DNA of 62,748 nucleotides, filler included, from Choristocarpus tenellus KU-1152 (lineage: Eukaryota; Protista; Phaeophyceae): the NCBI GenBank assembly GCA_964200185.2. It is 7 parts of 7 records of this genome, joined end to end, with 100 filler letters (N's around TTAATTAATTAA, not from the genome) between each part and the next. Parts side by side here need not be neighbours in the genome. Positions count along the whole stretch, not along the records: positions 25,210 to 38,136 come from CAXNAD020001654.1; positions 38,237 to 41,541 come from CAXNAD020020914.1; positions 41,642 to 51,478 come from CAXNAD020003345.1; 4 more parts are not named here. One strand, 5' to 3'. Positions within the stretch are counted from its first letter, which is position 1. The number at the start of each line of letters is the position of its first letter. A program made the translations under genes and the position numbers. The notes beneath the pieces were generated by a model that saw only the letters and a program-made list of their open reading frames with translations, did no database searches and was not told the origin of the DNA. Positions 29,101 through 42,642 of the stretch are shown here, one piece after another.

Positions 29101-32100
29101 CTTGTCTCAAAAGGAACAACCATCTCGTTCTTGGTGCATACGATTTGTTAGTACATATTACTCACATTTTTCTGATTAGGTGGACTCGACAATGGTACAA
29201 TACCACGGTATTGCTTGTGAAGCAGGAAAATTTGCGTGGGTTGGCAGTAAGGGAGTACAGGATGTACGATAACCCTGACTTGAGTATTACTGGATGAATA
29301 GGACGATCTCAAGGCGATGAAGTGTGGGTTGAGGGGAAAGTGTAGCTTTGAGAGGTTTGCAACAAAATGGCGCGATTATGCAACTCTCACAATGGCCTAA
29401 CCCTGTACAATACAGAGAGTATACCAAGTACTGGACCTGCCTTGGTACCGATATAGTAGTGCCTATGACAGGATATCAGGTTGGATGCCATTATTCACTT
29501 GATAAATAATCCTGAAAAGGGGTTGTTTAGGGCGAGGAGGATTGAAGGTGAAAGTGTTGGTTTCTTCACTCTAGTACTGTGGAAGAAGAGTTGGTGGAGA
29601 TGTCTCAAAATGCTGTGCGGGATGTAGGTTACGGTTTAGATAGTAGAGGTAATGTGCGGGTGAACGTGAACATTGCTGTTGTGTGTTGTATTGGGAGAAG
29701 GTACATACCTGGGTGGTGGGTATATTTTACACATTTGGAGTTTTGTATGCAGTCTATACTGATCTAGAACATGGAATCTGTTTCACCAGTCTGCAACATC
29801 TGGAGATCATGTTGCATCTCCCAAGGTCTAACTTGTGCGCCCTGTAATTCAAGACTTGCCAAAGGATTCAGGAGAAACCCCCTTTGTGAGGTTTGCTTGG
29901 CAGGAGTAAACAAGGAGATCAGGGATATGAGGGATTGCAAGGTGAGACATGTACCATGATGAAATATGCTCATTAGGATTGTTCTAAAGGTAAGAGTCAG
30001 ACAGAGTTACCAGAACCTCTCCAGTGTGTGCATGTGGAGGAAGAGGGGTGGTGGGGTATTCCCAGATGCAACTGGAAGAGGATGGTGCAATCAGACACTG
30101 TGTCAAGTATTCATGGCTAATTGATGTACCACCACTAGTTGGAGATTTATTGTTCTCAGGAGAGATTACCGGCAATGACACAAGTAAATGTGCTTTTTGT
30201 CTCTTCAACTATAGTCCTCTTCACCAAGCACATTTCTCCCTACAGGGAATCCTGTCTATTCTAAACCATTTTTTGTACAGTAGTATCTATAACACAAGGA
30301 AGTGCCTGTATTTCTTGTCAAGAAGTTAGAAAATTGAAGTGTAAACATCATTCAAAGATGCAATAGTGCTCTGTATGGATTTGGGTGCCATATGTGTGCA
30401 CGCCCACCATAAGCACCTGAATCACAACATGTAGCAGAGAGGTAAATCTATCAAGTCACATGAAAATCCGTCAATATATAACTGTGTGTAGTAGGTACAT
30501 CTTCTCCAGTCTATATGTAAGAACATATGTCATTCTCTCTTGATATTAAAGCTGTTGTTTCCAAAGGTCTGTGAGCCCAAGGGGGGGTGAGTCCCCTTGT
30601 CACCAAATCGATCCTATTCTGTGGTAACAGATTGCTTGCTACAATGTTTCCTGCTCCTGAACTCTTCCACATTCTGGTTCAATAGCTCACAGTTGTATCT
30701 TATTCTTCAGAATACAATACAATTTTTTCATGAGATAGAGCACATATTCCTAACACCTGCCAACTCCAACAAATAAAATACATGTAAATGTACTGCTGTT
30801 GCCAGTATTGCCATCACTATTTCTTCCTTGATCATTGCTGTTCTACTTGTTCTTGTTATTGTTGCCATCGTTTCCTACTGCAGCATCACTGTCATTGATT
30901 GTATTAATACTCACTACTCATCATAATCTTCAGTTGTTACGCAAAATGTTAGCACCACTAGTATTCTACGTATTAGTTCTAATGAACGTCATTGACAATG
31001 AATCATTTGGAGCAATGTTGTCGACCACAACAACAAAACAAAGAGGAAGGGTTGATTGAGGGAAAAAAGAGTAGGGAGAGCACTTAATGGTCATATTGTG
31101 CTTGTAAGGAGTGATCCAACCTTTTTTTTCTATTAATTTTTCGTACAGTCCTACAACATAATATATATTGTATGGCGAGGTAACCTTCATATCTAAGTCG
31201 ATGGTGGTTCCAAGTCAACCACCTTCTACCAAAGAAATGTGTTGGTTCAAACCTGGATAATCTAAAATTTCTTTTCCGAAGATGTTGCGCAAGATTTGAG
31301 AGGTGTCTACTGTTATAAGGGAGTGTCAGTGAGCCCTTGGCACCCCTGTGAAAACCCACAGCCTTGTGCTACATAATGTTCTTCTAGCACACTCAAGGGT
31401 GATTGAGTTTGAGCTTATTTTGTAGATGACATGAGTATTCGTCTTATCTTCTACAACCACAGTCTCCTCCCATGGGGGGGATTAGCTGCAAATGAGTCAC
31501 AGGAATGGGGTGTCAGGCAGACCGTCTTAAGGGCCCTGGATTTTCGAAATGACCTATACAGACTTTAATCTAAGATATAATAGCTCTGAGGGAGGAGGTG
31601 GAACAACAAGCAGTGCGATGACTGAACCCAACGTGTCAGAAATTTACAAAAAAAGGCACACACAGGCTAGGAGTGCAATTCATAATATTCCATTAACCAT
31701 TAGTTTATTGCTACTTCTTGACACCACACAAAGGGAGGGGCTTGATTTTATTCAACAAATTAGTACTGACAATTGTTATAATGAGAAGTAGTGTAGAGGG
31801 CAATCAATGTTGGGGCTATGAAGCATAGAGGTAGAATTCTAGTCCCAGGCTAAATTGTAGATAATAAGAATAAGCAACAACATTAGTGACTATGGTTGTT
31901 TACCAACCTGCGATATATTCGAATTTCACTAATAGGATACGTTGTTGTTGGGTGTTATGTGGAATTCACATCAAACCCAGGGTCGGTCTTGGTAGTTAGT
32001 AGGGTCAGGGTTGGTGCATGTATATTACCATAGGTTACTGTGTATTCCGAGAAACTTGAGTGGCTGTTAGATCTGATTGGGGTTTTTGTGCTCAGGCTGA

Positions 32101-32404
32101 TGGGGTTCCTTTTCAAAAATGGTTGTTGGCTGCAGTTTGCGCCGGCGCTATCCAGCTCATTATCATATAGTTACTTTTTCCAGCTTTCAGCATTGTGCGC
32201 CTGCTTCCGACTTTGCATCTTGCAACTGTACTAATCTGCAATGATTGTTTGATTAAAAAAATCAACAGGGTCTTCTTCATTTTCAGATGAGAGGGATGAT
32301 CAGGGCCATGGACAAAGGCATACCAAGAGAAGCAGGGAGAAAGCTCACCAATGTGCAATGATCTCTGGCGCCACTTACTCCCTACTATTCTCTCCCTCCC
32401 CTCC

Positions 32405-32588
32405 TTTGGCTATCATGTTTGTTAGGAGATGTCAATATCCCTGTTGTGGACCCGCCTTTTCATGAAGTATACATTTTACCTACTCCGAAACATTTTGGAG
32501 TAGGTAAGATGTCATTAAAAACCTATGAGAAGCCTACCCCAAATGGACAAAAAGGGAAAAACTCGTACCCTCTAAGATACTTTCACTC
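32405..32588 (-). mobile_element. MITE family A copy lacking one end
   Basis: Central hairpin TTTTACCTACTCC...GGAGTAGGTAAGA and terminus TACCCTCTAAGATACTTTCACTC. Confidence 0.87.
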
Positions 32589-35139
32589 TAAACCGAGTCA
32601 TGAAGGGAAGACTGTAGAACTCAAGGTTGTGGTCTAACCAGGTAGCAGCAACAGAAAGAAGCTTCCAATGTGCGGCACGTGGTTAACTCACAGGAAAAAT
32701 GGAGATACCAGGAGTCTCATACCCTATCTCTCTCGTAGGCACAACCCTTGTACAACCAGTCCCATTAGAAACACAACCATGCTAAGATGATGAGAGTGGT
32801 AAAGGCTAATTGTGCTTCACATAGAAAATAATACCCATTGTTTCCAGAAAGTTGGAATTGCTTTCACATAATTTCCACCGTTTGGACAACATGTGTGCAG
32901 ATAGACACTTCCAACTAAGCCAATCGCTCAGTCTGGATCCAGGTGGGGATTACACTGGGCCAACCTGAGGTCTAGCTAGACCCTTGAGGAAGTTCAGAAG
33001 CCCAGAGTGAACTTTTCAAAGACCTCAGAGGCCTGAGATCAGACCCTTCAGAATTATATCATCACGGAAAAGGAGGAGGAAACATCTCAGAAACCTCAGC
33101 AGTCTTGGACCCTACCGGTCAGAAACATGTTAAACTGGGTGAGCTCATGGACCAGACTGTTCGGATGTTCTTAGCTCCAGACTAATGGCCCTACAATAAT
33201 GATATCAAAAAAATATGTGTAAAGTATGACATTATGCATACATTTTTTTTGCCCCTCTCACCATCACGAACTAAATTTGTAGCAATCGTGTTGGTATTCA
33301 TATCCACATTTCAAACTTTTTTCTAGGGTTCACCCCCTCTTTGTAGGAATAAATTAAAAATATGTTGGCATAGGTGGAGAATATAGGGCTGTCTGTTGTC
33401 ATGCCGTCATTGCCATATGCCACATGCCGTATGTCATATACTGTTACTCCGGTTGAGATTCCTTGTCAGGAATACTGAATTCCAATGGAGGATCTTTAAT
33501 GAGATTGAGGTATGGAATGTTTTCAAGGAGATCAATCCCAGAAGTAGTGCATATCTCTTCAAAACGAGATGTCAGATACCAAAGATTTTGTTTGTTGTCA
33601 CAGCTTGACACTTCTGATTACCCCCCCTGTGGGGATCAGGGGCCTTTCTCATACCCTCGCCCCTTCTGGACGTACCCCTCCTGTGTTAGATGCCGCTGCC
33701 TTGGGTATCCTCCCCTTTCCAGGAGAGGTTGATGCTGTTGCGCCACCCCACATACTTCCACCCCCTGGGTTCGGGTCCTTTGCCACCAATTCCCGACAAC
33801 ATTCCTGTCTCACCCTCCCCTGGGCTTATTGCTCCACCACCTCCTGGTGTGGTGTTTCTAATCGTCCCACCCCCCCAGGATTTGGTCCTCTTGGGCCTCT
33901 CCATGCCGTCCTATCTCCTGAGCATCCCTACTATTGCTGCCCCCTGCTCATGAAGAAGTGGGAAGCAATGGTAGATACGAATAGCCCACATAGAAATGGG
34001 TTATCCATCTCTGAGGGATCTCAAATCTAAATATTGAGAGATCAACATATGGGCATGGGGTGTGGAGGTGGAGATCATTGGAGTTGAGGGTGGATAAATG
34101 GATTGGGTGAATGTTTGTTCCTTTGTCCAGTCTGCAAATGTTTTGCTTCCCATTCTACCAGTATGAAGAGTTTTGTAGTTACTGGATTGTAATTACAAGG
34201 TGTGTGTGAGGTACTACTATGCGTTGGTGTATAGTTGTGCTCTTGTGTAATGGCTTGGGCTTTTTCATGCTGCTCTTGTGCTCATCTTGCTTCTTCCCCG
34301 AGGAAGACCACAGTCACTGTACCAATGTGCCACTCTCTCTTGAACGGAGGTTGTATTGCATGGTATTTGAGGATTGTGTGGTAGTTCTGAGGTAGTTCAT
34401 TTACTATGTGCTCGGAGTAGAGATCTGTGTGTGTCTTAGGGTTGTATGGGATGGAATAGAGTTGTGTGAAAAGGAGTGGGCTTTGTGTTGACTTCGTTTT
34501 CTGGTTCATCCAGGGTTGCTACTGTAAGAAACGATAATTCTCCCTTGTTGTATAGATGTGGAATCTTGTGGTGAGCTAGAAATCCCAACGAGAATGTAAG
34601 CAAGGGCACGGAAGCACTAGTTATCATGGAGAGGAAGAGGCGAGGCGAATTGGTGTAGTTTTGTAGTGAGACAAAGTAATCTCGTACCCTGGAGAGTAAG
34701 ACCTTGTTGAGCAAACAAGGAAAGACAGGTCAGGGTGTTGCTGTCAAGTAGGGGGGCCCTTTGTGCTGGGAAAAGAACCAGTCTAGAAGAGTGGGTTGGT
34801 TTCCGTGGCTTGGGCAAAGCATTGAGAAGGTCGATCGAGAGGCCACGGAGCAATCTCTCCCACTCACCAACGCTATTCATCATTCGTGAAGAAGGGTACA
34901 GGGATGGACTGTGAGAAGATCGGACTCTTTGCGAGTTTGACGTATTCTGCTGGTTTCTCGGTATGGGTGCGGTTGGCCGTTGTTGTGGGCCTGTGATTGC
35001 GGATTCTGTTACGGTTGCGATCCTTGAGAAGATTCGAGAAAGGGCATTCTTGGTTGTACAGGTATTACAAACCTGACCCTCCTCCCTTTCCTACGCCAAG
35101 GGACCTCTAGGGGATGCCATGTTGAAACCTGATTTCGTA

Positions 35140-36930
35140 TGAGTTGTGCATTGTTGTGGTGTGACTAGTTCGTAACGAAGGGTATCATAGCGCAGCAAAG
35201 CAATGATTAACTTGTTCTGGTAGGTCTGATGGCATGTTTTTGTCAAGCAGATAATGGTTGATGTGAAAATGTGTTTGGTTGAGCTGTTATTAACATGGTT
35301 AGAGACAGGTGTGTGTCATAGTGCAACAATACACCTGCGGGTTCGGTTTGGTTCATCTGAAGGCATGTTGTACTCGATCAGATTATGGTTGATTTAAATT
35401 GTGTTTGGGATATGCTGTTATTAACAGGTTTAGAGACAGGTATGTGTCATAGTGCAACAAGACACCTGCGGGTTCGGTTTGGTTCGCCTGAAGGCATGTT
35501 TTACACAAACAGACTATGGCTGATGAAATGTGTGATCATTCATTGAAATGTTCAAATGAAGAAATTCATGCTCTGTGACGAGGTTTGTCACCTTAGCTGA
35601 GAAGGGTTTCGAAGGATGGTTTTTACTCTGGTCATACTACGTCCTGACGTGAGTCTGGTACACGTATTGCAGAGTGAGCATGACGAATTGTGAGGGGGCA
35701 ATGCCAGTCAAGAAAAAAACAAACACATGATATCCAACTGACAACTTCTTGTGTGAAGAAGAATAGAGGGAAAAAACAAAGAAGAAAAAAGGAGACAAAC
35801 TTGAATCAATGTCTGAGGGAACTGATGTGACATATGGTATGCCTGTATGTGTGATAGGAATCGACTGTTCTTATGCTTCCTATGTACTGTGATGTTCTGA
35901 AGGTGATTGATGTTGTTGTGATGAGGAGCTAATGAGGTAAGTGAGAATAGCGACCATTTCAATGGACAAATCAACATTCATTATGGACTGACGATACTGT
36001 ATCGTATCAAAACAAATCAAATGAGTAGCCCATGTTTTAACATGTCATACGGCAATAACGGTATAACAACAAACCTGCTTTCCACATCATCACCCCTTCT
36101 GATCGGTCTTGAAGTAATGTAAACATGATTCAAGGTCAACCAAAAAGTGAGCACTAGGATCAAAATAGGAAACAGGTATGACTGTTACTATACAATTGCA
36201 CATTTTATTGCACCAACCACTCCATTAATACAAAATGGAGTGTATGATATACTTTCACTCATAAACGACATTTGTTTTTCTTCGATACGATACAGTTCTA
36301 CAAGTCAATACTGACTGTTGATTAGTTCGTTACTCACTGGTCTTTACTGTCACAAACTAGTTCATCATCACCACATCAATTACCATCAGAACAGCACAGC
36401 ACAGTACAGAACAATCGCTCTGCATTCTGCACACAGGAAGAGTATGTATCACTTGAGTTCTGTTGTTTTCCCTTTTTTTGTTTTCTCTCTCTTCTTCTTA
36501 CCAGCAGAAGATGACTGTTGTATATTACTTTATTATTTCTTTCTTGGTTGTCATTGACCCCTCATAATGCACCAAGGTCACTCCACAATAATTGTACCTG
36601 ATGCACACCTGGATGTTATATTTTCATACTTAAACCATCCACGGAAACCCTTGCCAGCCAAGGTAGCAAGCCTCTCCATAGAGCATGGACTTCTTTCGTT
36701 GAGTATCTCATGAAAGGACACTGAATTCGCATCAAATCATTCTTGACTACTAAGCGATCAATGGCCTCAGTTACAACAGAAAAATACATCAGTGCTTTGC
36801 AGCACAATCACATCTCTTCACAACACAGACTACGCATTTTACTTATCGGTGCTCTGCAACACTATGATTCCTCATCGCTCGTAGTCTACGCATTTTGCTC
36901 ACAAGTACGATGCATTCGATTCTGTTTTAG
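35140..36930. repeat. Long diverged inverted repeat (arms ~35140-36030 and ~36260-36930)
   Basis: CATGCTCTGTGACGAGGTTTGTCACCTTAGCTGAGAAGGGTTTCGAAGGATGGTTT (35567) matches the reverse complement of 36632-36687. ACTGTATCGTATC (35996) pairs with GATACGATACAGT (36284). GTTCTGAAGGTGATTGATGT pairs with ACATCAATTACCATCAGAAC. Confidence 0.75.
35225..35530. repeat. 131-bp tandem repeat, ~2.3 copies
   Basis: (T/C)CTGA(T/A)GGCATGTT starts at 35225, 35356 and 35487; TTAGAGACAGGT.TGTGTCATAGTGCAACAA.ACACCTGCGGGTTCGGTTTGGTTC is shared by the first two units. Confidence 0.9.
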
Positions 36931-37849
36931 CAATCTGGCATTGCTATACAAGTATTATACGATGATTTTGATCACCACTCCGATGGATGAAAACAATATC
37001 GCATGTTACACGATCAATATCAACACAGCAGACAACGAGATCAAATGTGTGCACCCATTTTCCTTCCTCAAATTCTGACAACGATTGGAACGTTGTTCAC
37101 GAAGGCTACAATAATCTAAGTGGGCAACTCGGATGTACGGTGTTGGTGCTCAACTCTCCAAAACGATACGAAGTGACTGTACGGTTATTACACCATGTCG
37201 GGGGAATCATGCCACTCAAAAAATAAAATAAATAACATGCATGACTCACCTGAAGTCTCCATCTTTTACTTAGTAGTGGTAGACTTTAATCTTTCTTTTT
37301 AATGGGTTTAGTTATTTCATGATGATCAGCAAATCCATTACATACATGAAACCATGACATGATGTAATGAACAGTCACCGTTAGCACACTGGTGCTAATG
37401 TGTCCGGTGATACGGTCTCTTCACCACACATGTGTCCACTCATGGAAACGAGGAGAGTTGAGAGATAAAATTAATTGTATTATTAATTTATCCAAATCCA
37501 CCAACATATATGTATAGTCTATTTTCAAGCATTGATAAACTTGGTAAACACGAGATGTCAAGGCAGAGCTGGTCGTGAACAGGATAACTGACATCTGTTA
37601 CCAGTTATCTCATCTTATCTCAAAACGATAGACTGTACCCATCTATGAAAAAACGACCCCCACAAACGATGTGTCTAAATTAGATGGTCAACCTATGAAA
37701 ATAATTACGGTATGTGAGTACCACGAGATCTGGATAAGACACACTAGTCTTAAAAACAAACACATAAACAAACAAACAAACAATTGGCAAGGACATGTAC
37801 CGCACATAAATAAAATAATCTCTTTACTGAAACGATAGGTTCAATGTTA

Positions 37850-38136
37850 CGGCAACGCATGATATACAGAACTACGAGGACTCTTTTGATCCTCGTAGTT
37901 ATAACTTCAGCAACACCTTTGCAGTGGAATTTTTTGGGCGCCTTGGCAAGCAAGTGGAATGCTTTCTGGATGAGCTAGTATGGATGCGGTAGGAGGGAGA
38001 GGGACAGGAACTTATAGCAGGAAGGGGGCTTTCAAATCCCGTCTACGACATATAGTTTCTGTCACAACACAGGTAGCCCTATCCAGACGGATCATACACT
38101 TTAAGCTGGAGACACCAGGGAGATGGGCAAGGAGGG
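37850..38136 (+). mobile_element. 3' fragment of an RLE-type (CRE-like) non-LTR retrotransposon
   Basis: Frameshifted DSFDPRSY...AVEFFGRLGKQVECFLDEL / AVGG...RKGAFKSRLRHIVSVTTQVALSRRI, recognised from memory as the C-terminus of algal CRE-like ORFs. Ends at an assembly gap. Confidence 0.55.
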
Positions 38137-38419
38137 NNNNNNNNNNNNNNNNNNNNNNNNNNNNNNNNNNNNNNNNNNNNTTAATTAATTAANNNNNNNN
38201 NNNNNNNNNNNNNNNNNNNNNNNNNNNNNNNNNNNNGTGCTCACTCCGCTAATAAACATATCCATACCACACAAAGCAAAATACTCTACTTGAGTAGCTC
38301 TCTTTTGCATAATATGTAGCCACTTTTTAAAGAAATGAAGTAGTGTGTAATGATCCTATATAGAAATCTAAAATACCATCTACTATACACGCACCTTATG
38401 AGTTGAACAACACACTCAC

Positions 38420-39610
38420 CATCACAAACAGAATTTCTTCCATGACACCAAGCTTCCACCCATTCCACACTGTAAAGGCAACTTCTCCCTCCACCTACTG
38501 GGTGTTCAAGTATCCCCCGGCTCATGTATGGATAGAAGAGATAAATACTGAAACATTACCAAATGTTGTAGAGTGACTATTCCCAAAGCAGAGGGGGCGA
38601 TCATACAACCCCAAAACATCATGCTTAATGGAATCAATTCCTATCTATCCGTTCGTATATACAAGAACAAAGATGGATTAACCAACTAACAATTCTTGTA
38701 TTCCGACTCTGCATGTATACTACTAGAGATATCCGTTACAGTTGAAGTGTCTATTCCAACACTGGGACCATCGAAAGGAAAAGGGCGGAGTGGTTGGAAC
38801 TGAGAGAGTGGTCAGCGTAATAGCCGTGTGAGCGGGGGACAAGACAATTTGTTTGAGGAATATTTGAAATCATGCTTCATCCAGATGTACACATGATTTG
38901 CACCCACACCTTATTAGGCGAGAAATAATAGCTGCGGCTGCACTTCAATATATCTGCTATGGATTCCCTTTCTCCTTTGATATGCCCCTTCTATATTTTG
39001 TCAGACCCCGTGACAGTAGGAATTGAGCAAAAACCTTTATTGTTGATTTAATTGTAACATTTGTGTCATCCCTAGGATAGCATATAGGTGGTTTGTACAA
39101 CACAAAACTGAAATAACTAATCGACAAAACGACCATTGGTTGTTGGCAAGCTTTGTGGGATCACCTCACTACGTGCACACCTTTAAATTGTATTGGGTCT
39201 TGGTCTTGCTTACACATATTTACGTCCAGAAGCGCGAGAAGTAGCGTTTTCCGCGCCCACGTCATTATCAGGCACGTTTAGTTGAGCAGACTGGAAAAGA
39301 ACAAATAAACACGATAGGTTTCCACTCCTTGGTTGGCGTTCAAATGTAAGGAACATTAAAAAAATCTTACATTGCGCTGACGTCCTTACGTACCTATGCC
39401 ATTAATATCTTCGCTGTATGAACGAGAGAGATAAAAAAAAAAGAAGACGTCCCTTCATATGCTAACAAAAATGGCGAATGAATTCACCATGGAGGTGATG
39501 AAGTTAGTCATGAAGGACACAAACCAGTTCCGGGTGGTAACGCAGAGGATCAGGAAGGCAAAGAGAAGAGATAAACCCATGCCAGTGAAAGCCTCCATAA
39601 CTATTTTCTC
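38420..39610 (-). CDS. Patched/Dispatched-like (RND, sterol-sensing) membrane protein, two internal exons
   Basis: Phase-0 exons 39610-39488 (EKIVMEAFTGMGLSLLFAFLILCVTTRNWFVSFMTNFITSM) and 38494-38420 (VEGEVAFTVWNGWKLGVMEEILFVM), both with AG/GT borders. They resemble consecutive TM segments of Dispatched-like proteins (AF..L..TTRN...S; GW.LG..E). The rest of the gene was not identified and may lie across the gaps. Confidence 0.6.
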
Positions 39611-40643
39611 CTGTATAATAAATGGGGGAAACAAAGGCAGTAACAATCAAATACCAGAATACACATGAGGGTGTGAGAGAAGGGGGGGGTTATGGGGATG
39701 CTCTGAGGGGTCAGGCACGGCATGATTATGTCAACAACAATCGCTCTAAACATAAGCTTATAACTAAGTGTTAACAACATTGGAGCGTTCTCGTAGCTCA
39801 GCAGTATCAATAGACCGCGTTCCTTTCATAAAGTTTGTGTGTTGAAAGCCCCCTCAACGCCAGTTTTCTTTTTAGGGAAATGTGGTTTTGATCATCCAAA
39901 GTCCAAGTGGCAGGCACTGCGAATAGTATACCGGAACGTATCCTATCTGTCGCAATACCACTAAGAAGTGCAGGAAATGCCAAAAAGGTGGTTGGTCCAT
40001 TGCTTGGCAGTGCTGAGGTGGGTCCACCGCAGGATTCGAGGGGTGAAGCGGAGTGATGACCTATGGGATGGATAAACCCAACAAGCGAGAAGCAGGGCAT
40101 ACAGAGAGACCGAGCAATTAGTCATAGTGCAACAGATAGCTGTAGTAGTAGTCAGCGTAAGAAGTATTACAGTGTGTAGTACCTCTGAGCACCGGTTGGG
40201 ATAGTCTCAAGGTTAGAGTGATGAATAGTAATAATAGAATAGGAAAAGTACAAAAAAGAACATGATGCCAGTAGAGGGGCCTAACGTGTCAGAGAAAACC
40301 CCTACCAACTACTCCACTACTGCACTACTATGAGAACTCCATTCCATCTGAACACTGAGAGAATTCGGAATAATCTGAGCAGTACAACCACATACTTCAG
40401 TCTGCGGGAAAGTTCTTTGATCAGATAATGAGATATTCCTCTCTTCACCCCCATGAATAGTTAAGAAAGTCATACTAGCGTATAGGATCTTTGCAACAGT
40501 TAATGGTCCCTCCATTTCAATATTAGCACTGTCACAAAGTTTCGAACACAACAGAACACAGCCGTCAAAGGAAGACATGGCGGTCTAATTTTCACTTTGT
40601 ACACTGTTCATCATGAAAGGTTCCAAGTCTTTGGTCTGCACAA

Positions 40644-40830
40644 GGCTCAAAGTATCTGGGGGGGGGGTGGCGGCTGTCCGTTTGGGTCTATTTTTTCATG
40701 TCGCATTTTTTGGGTGATTTGGTTGCACACATCAGATGGATAATGTAGGTGCAATTTTCCTGGTTTTGGACCAAATGGACAATTTGGTGTAGACTCCCTC
40801 CCCCCCCACCCACCCCAGATACTTTGGGTC
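40644..40830 (+). mobile_element. MITE family B with 4-bp TSD ACAA
   Basis: ACAA|GGCTCAAAGTATCTGGGGGG...CCCCAGATACTTTGGGTC|ACAA. Confidence 0.9.
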
Positions 40831-41479
40831 ACAAGGAGAATGATACAATGATACTGCATAAGGTTCTGAATAGAAGAAGAGCACGTGAATCGTATTTTTT
40901 CTTTTTCCCTTACCCTTTTTTAATAACTGTGAACATTGAAGTTAGTGGCATCCTGTTCCCGCTATTGCCACCTATAGTGCATTATGCCTGGGCTATTATT
41001 GGCCGTCCTTCTTAGCTACATTGGGTACTTCTCTTTCTATTTTTTCACTACTATTATCAATTACTCATTTCCACAGAATTTGTATTTTATCAAGTACTCC
41101 AGTACTACGGTCATATTTCATTCTTCTAACTACCACTTGAACACGGACAGGTTTGGAACCCCTTAGTCAACTATGAAAAAAACAGAAAATAATGACACCA
41201 TCAGTAATTGTCCACTTTGTTCAACTTTCTAGACAGGAAAAGTATTGTTTCATTATTATCATTCCTTCTAGCTTTGTGTTCTCCCCGAAAAAAACAGGCT
41301 ACTTCAAAAGCTAAATGACCATCTTCATCATTGGAGTTAACTCTTAGGTAGATTGGGACACTCTTCTTCCTGTGCAAAGACCGCAAATGACACCAAGGCC
41401 GTCATAATTCCAACCGGATCGGGTCTCAAGCCAGTCTTGGTGAAATGTGCTCAAACAGGGTCGATCCAGCACCGTCAGG

Positions 41480-41541
41480 GGCTCAAAGTATCTGGGGGGG
41501 GGGTGGCTGCTGTCCATTTGGGGTCAATTTTTTCATGTCGC
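41480..41541 (+). mobile_element. MITE family B copy truncated by a gap
   Basis: GGCTCAAAGTATCTGGGGGGGGGTGGCTGCTGTCCATTTGGGGTC... Confidence 0.82.
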
Positions 41542-41645
41542 NNNNNNNNNNNNNNNNNNNNNNNNNNNNNNNNNNNNNNNNNNNNTTAATTAATTAANNN
41601 NNNNNNNNNNNNNNNNNNNNNNNNNNNNNNNNNNNNNNNNNCTAC

Positions 41646-41750
41646 ATCTGATGACCAACCAGGGCGACCCCTTCGCCACTGATTTCCAGTCACCCCCCCT
41701 ATCTGATGACCAACCAGTGCGACCCCTTTCGTCACTGATTTCCGGTCTCT
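41646..41750. repeat. 55-bp tandem duplication next to a gap
   Basis: ATCTGATGACCAACCAG(G/T)GCGACCCCTT...CACTGATTTCC(A/G)GTC at 41646 and 41701. Confidence 0.8.
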
Positions 41751-42384
41751 ACTACCCCTTTCAACCCCACTCAACCCCACTCAACCCCATACCAGTTACC
41801 ACTTCAGTCAACCCCACCCCACTTACCACTCCACCACACCATTGAACACCACTCAACACCACTCCACAATCATCCAAGAACCCCCCTTCATCATCCCCTT
41901 CATACCATGCCTTTGAGCTAGAAGAGATATACCCCGCCCGAACTTGACCTCCCCTGCCACCCTAAGGTCCAACTCGGTTGTGAGCAAGCAACAGGGCAGG
42001 TGGGCGTGAAAGCTTGCTCGGTGATCCTCTTGATCTAGCCCTCCTCGTCTTGTCCCCCAGACTCAGGTTTCCTCGTTCGCTTCAATACTGTTCATTCCTT
42101 CTCCCCTTGTGCCTCCGTCTGCCACCGATTTTCTTAACTCTTCGTTCCCTCCTTGATAATTTTATTTCTTTACTGTTCCCTTCCATGCCTTGTGCCCCCA
42201 GCCAACCAGAATTCTTCCGCCCACAAAACTCAGATTACTTCATAAGCCTTTCCCTATAATGGAAATAGAACAACATTCTTGTTGAAATCATTTGAATTTT
42301 CGTACCGGCAATCAATATCATACCGTTTACAGCAAGATCCATATTAAGGTTGACAAAAATTAAACCTCTAATTGTACCATATAT

Positions 42385-42642
42385 AAGTCAAAGTATGTTA
42401 GAGGGAGGAGCCGTGTCCATTTGGGGGCCAAAATCCAATGTTGCAATTTTTATGTAATTTTGGCTATTGTGTTTGTTAGGAAGTGTCAATGTCCTTGTTG
42501 CGGACTCAAGTTTTCATTGTGTAAACATTTTACCTACTCCAAAATGCTTTGGAGTAGATAAAACGTCATAAAGAACCCGTGGGAAGCCAAGCCCCAAATG
42601 GACAACAGGGAAAAAAACGTACCCTCTAAGATACTTTCACTC
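42385..42642 (-). mobile_element. MITE family A, full copy
   Basis: AAGTCAAAGTATGTTAGAGGG...CCCTCTAAGATACTTTCACTC. Confidence 0.9.

Noticed and set aside
34100-34900. Possible decayed gag-like ORF on the minus strand
   Set aside because: No zinc knuckle, PBS or paired LTRs identified.
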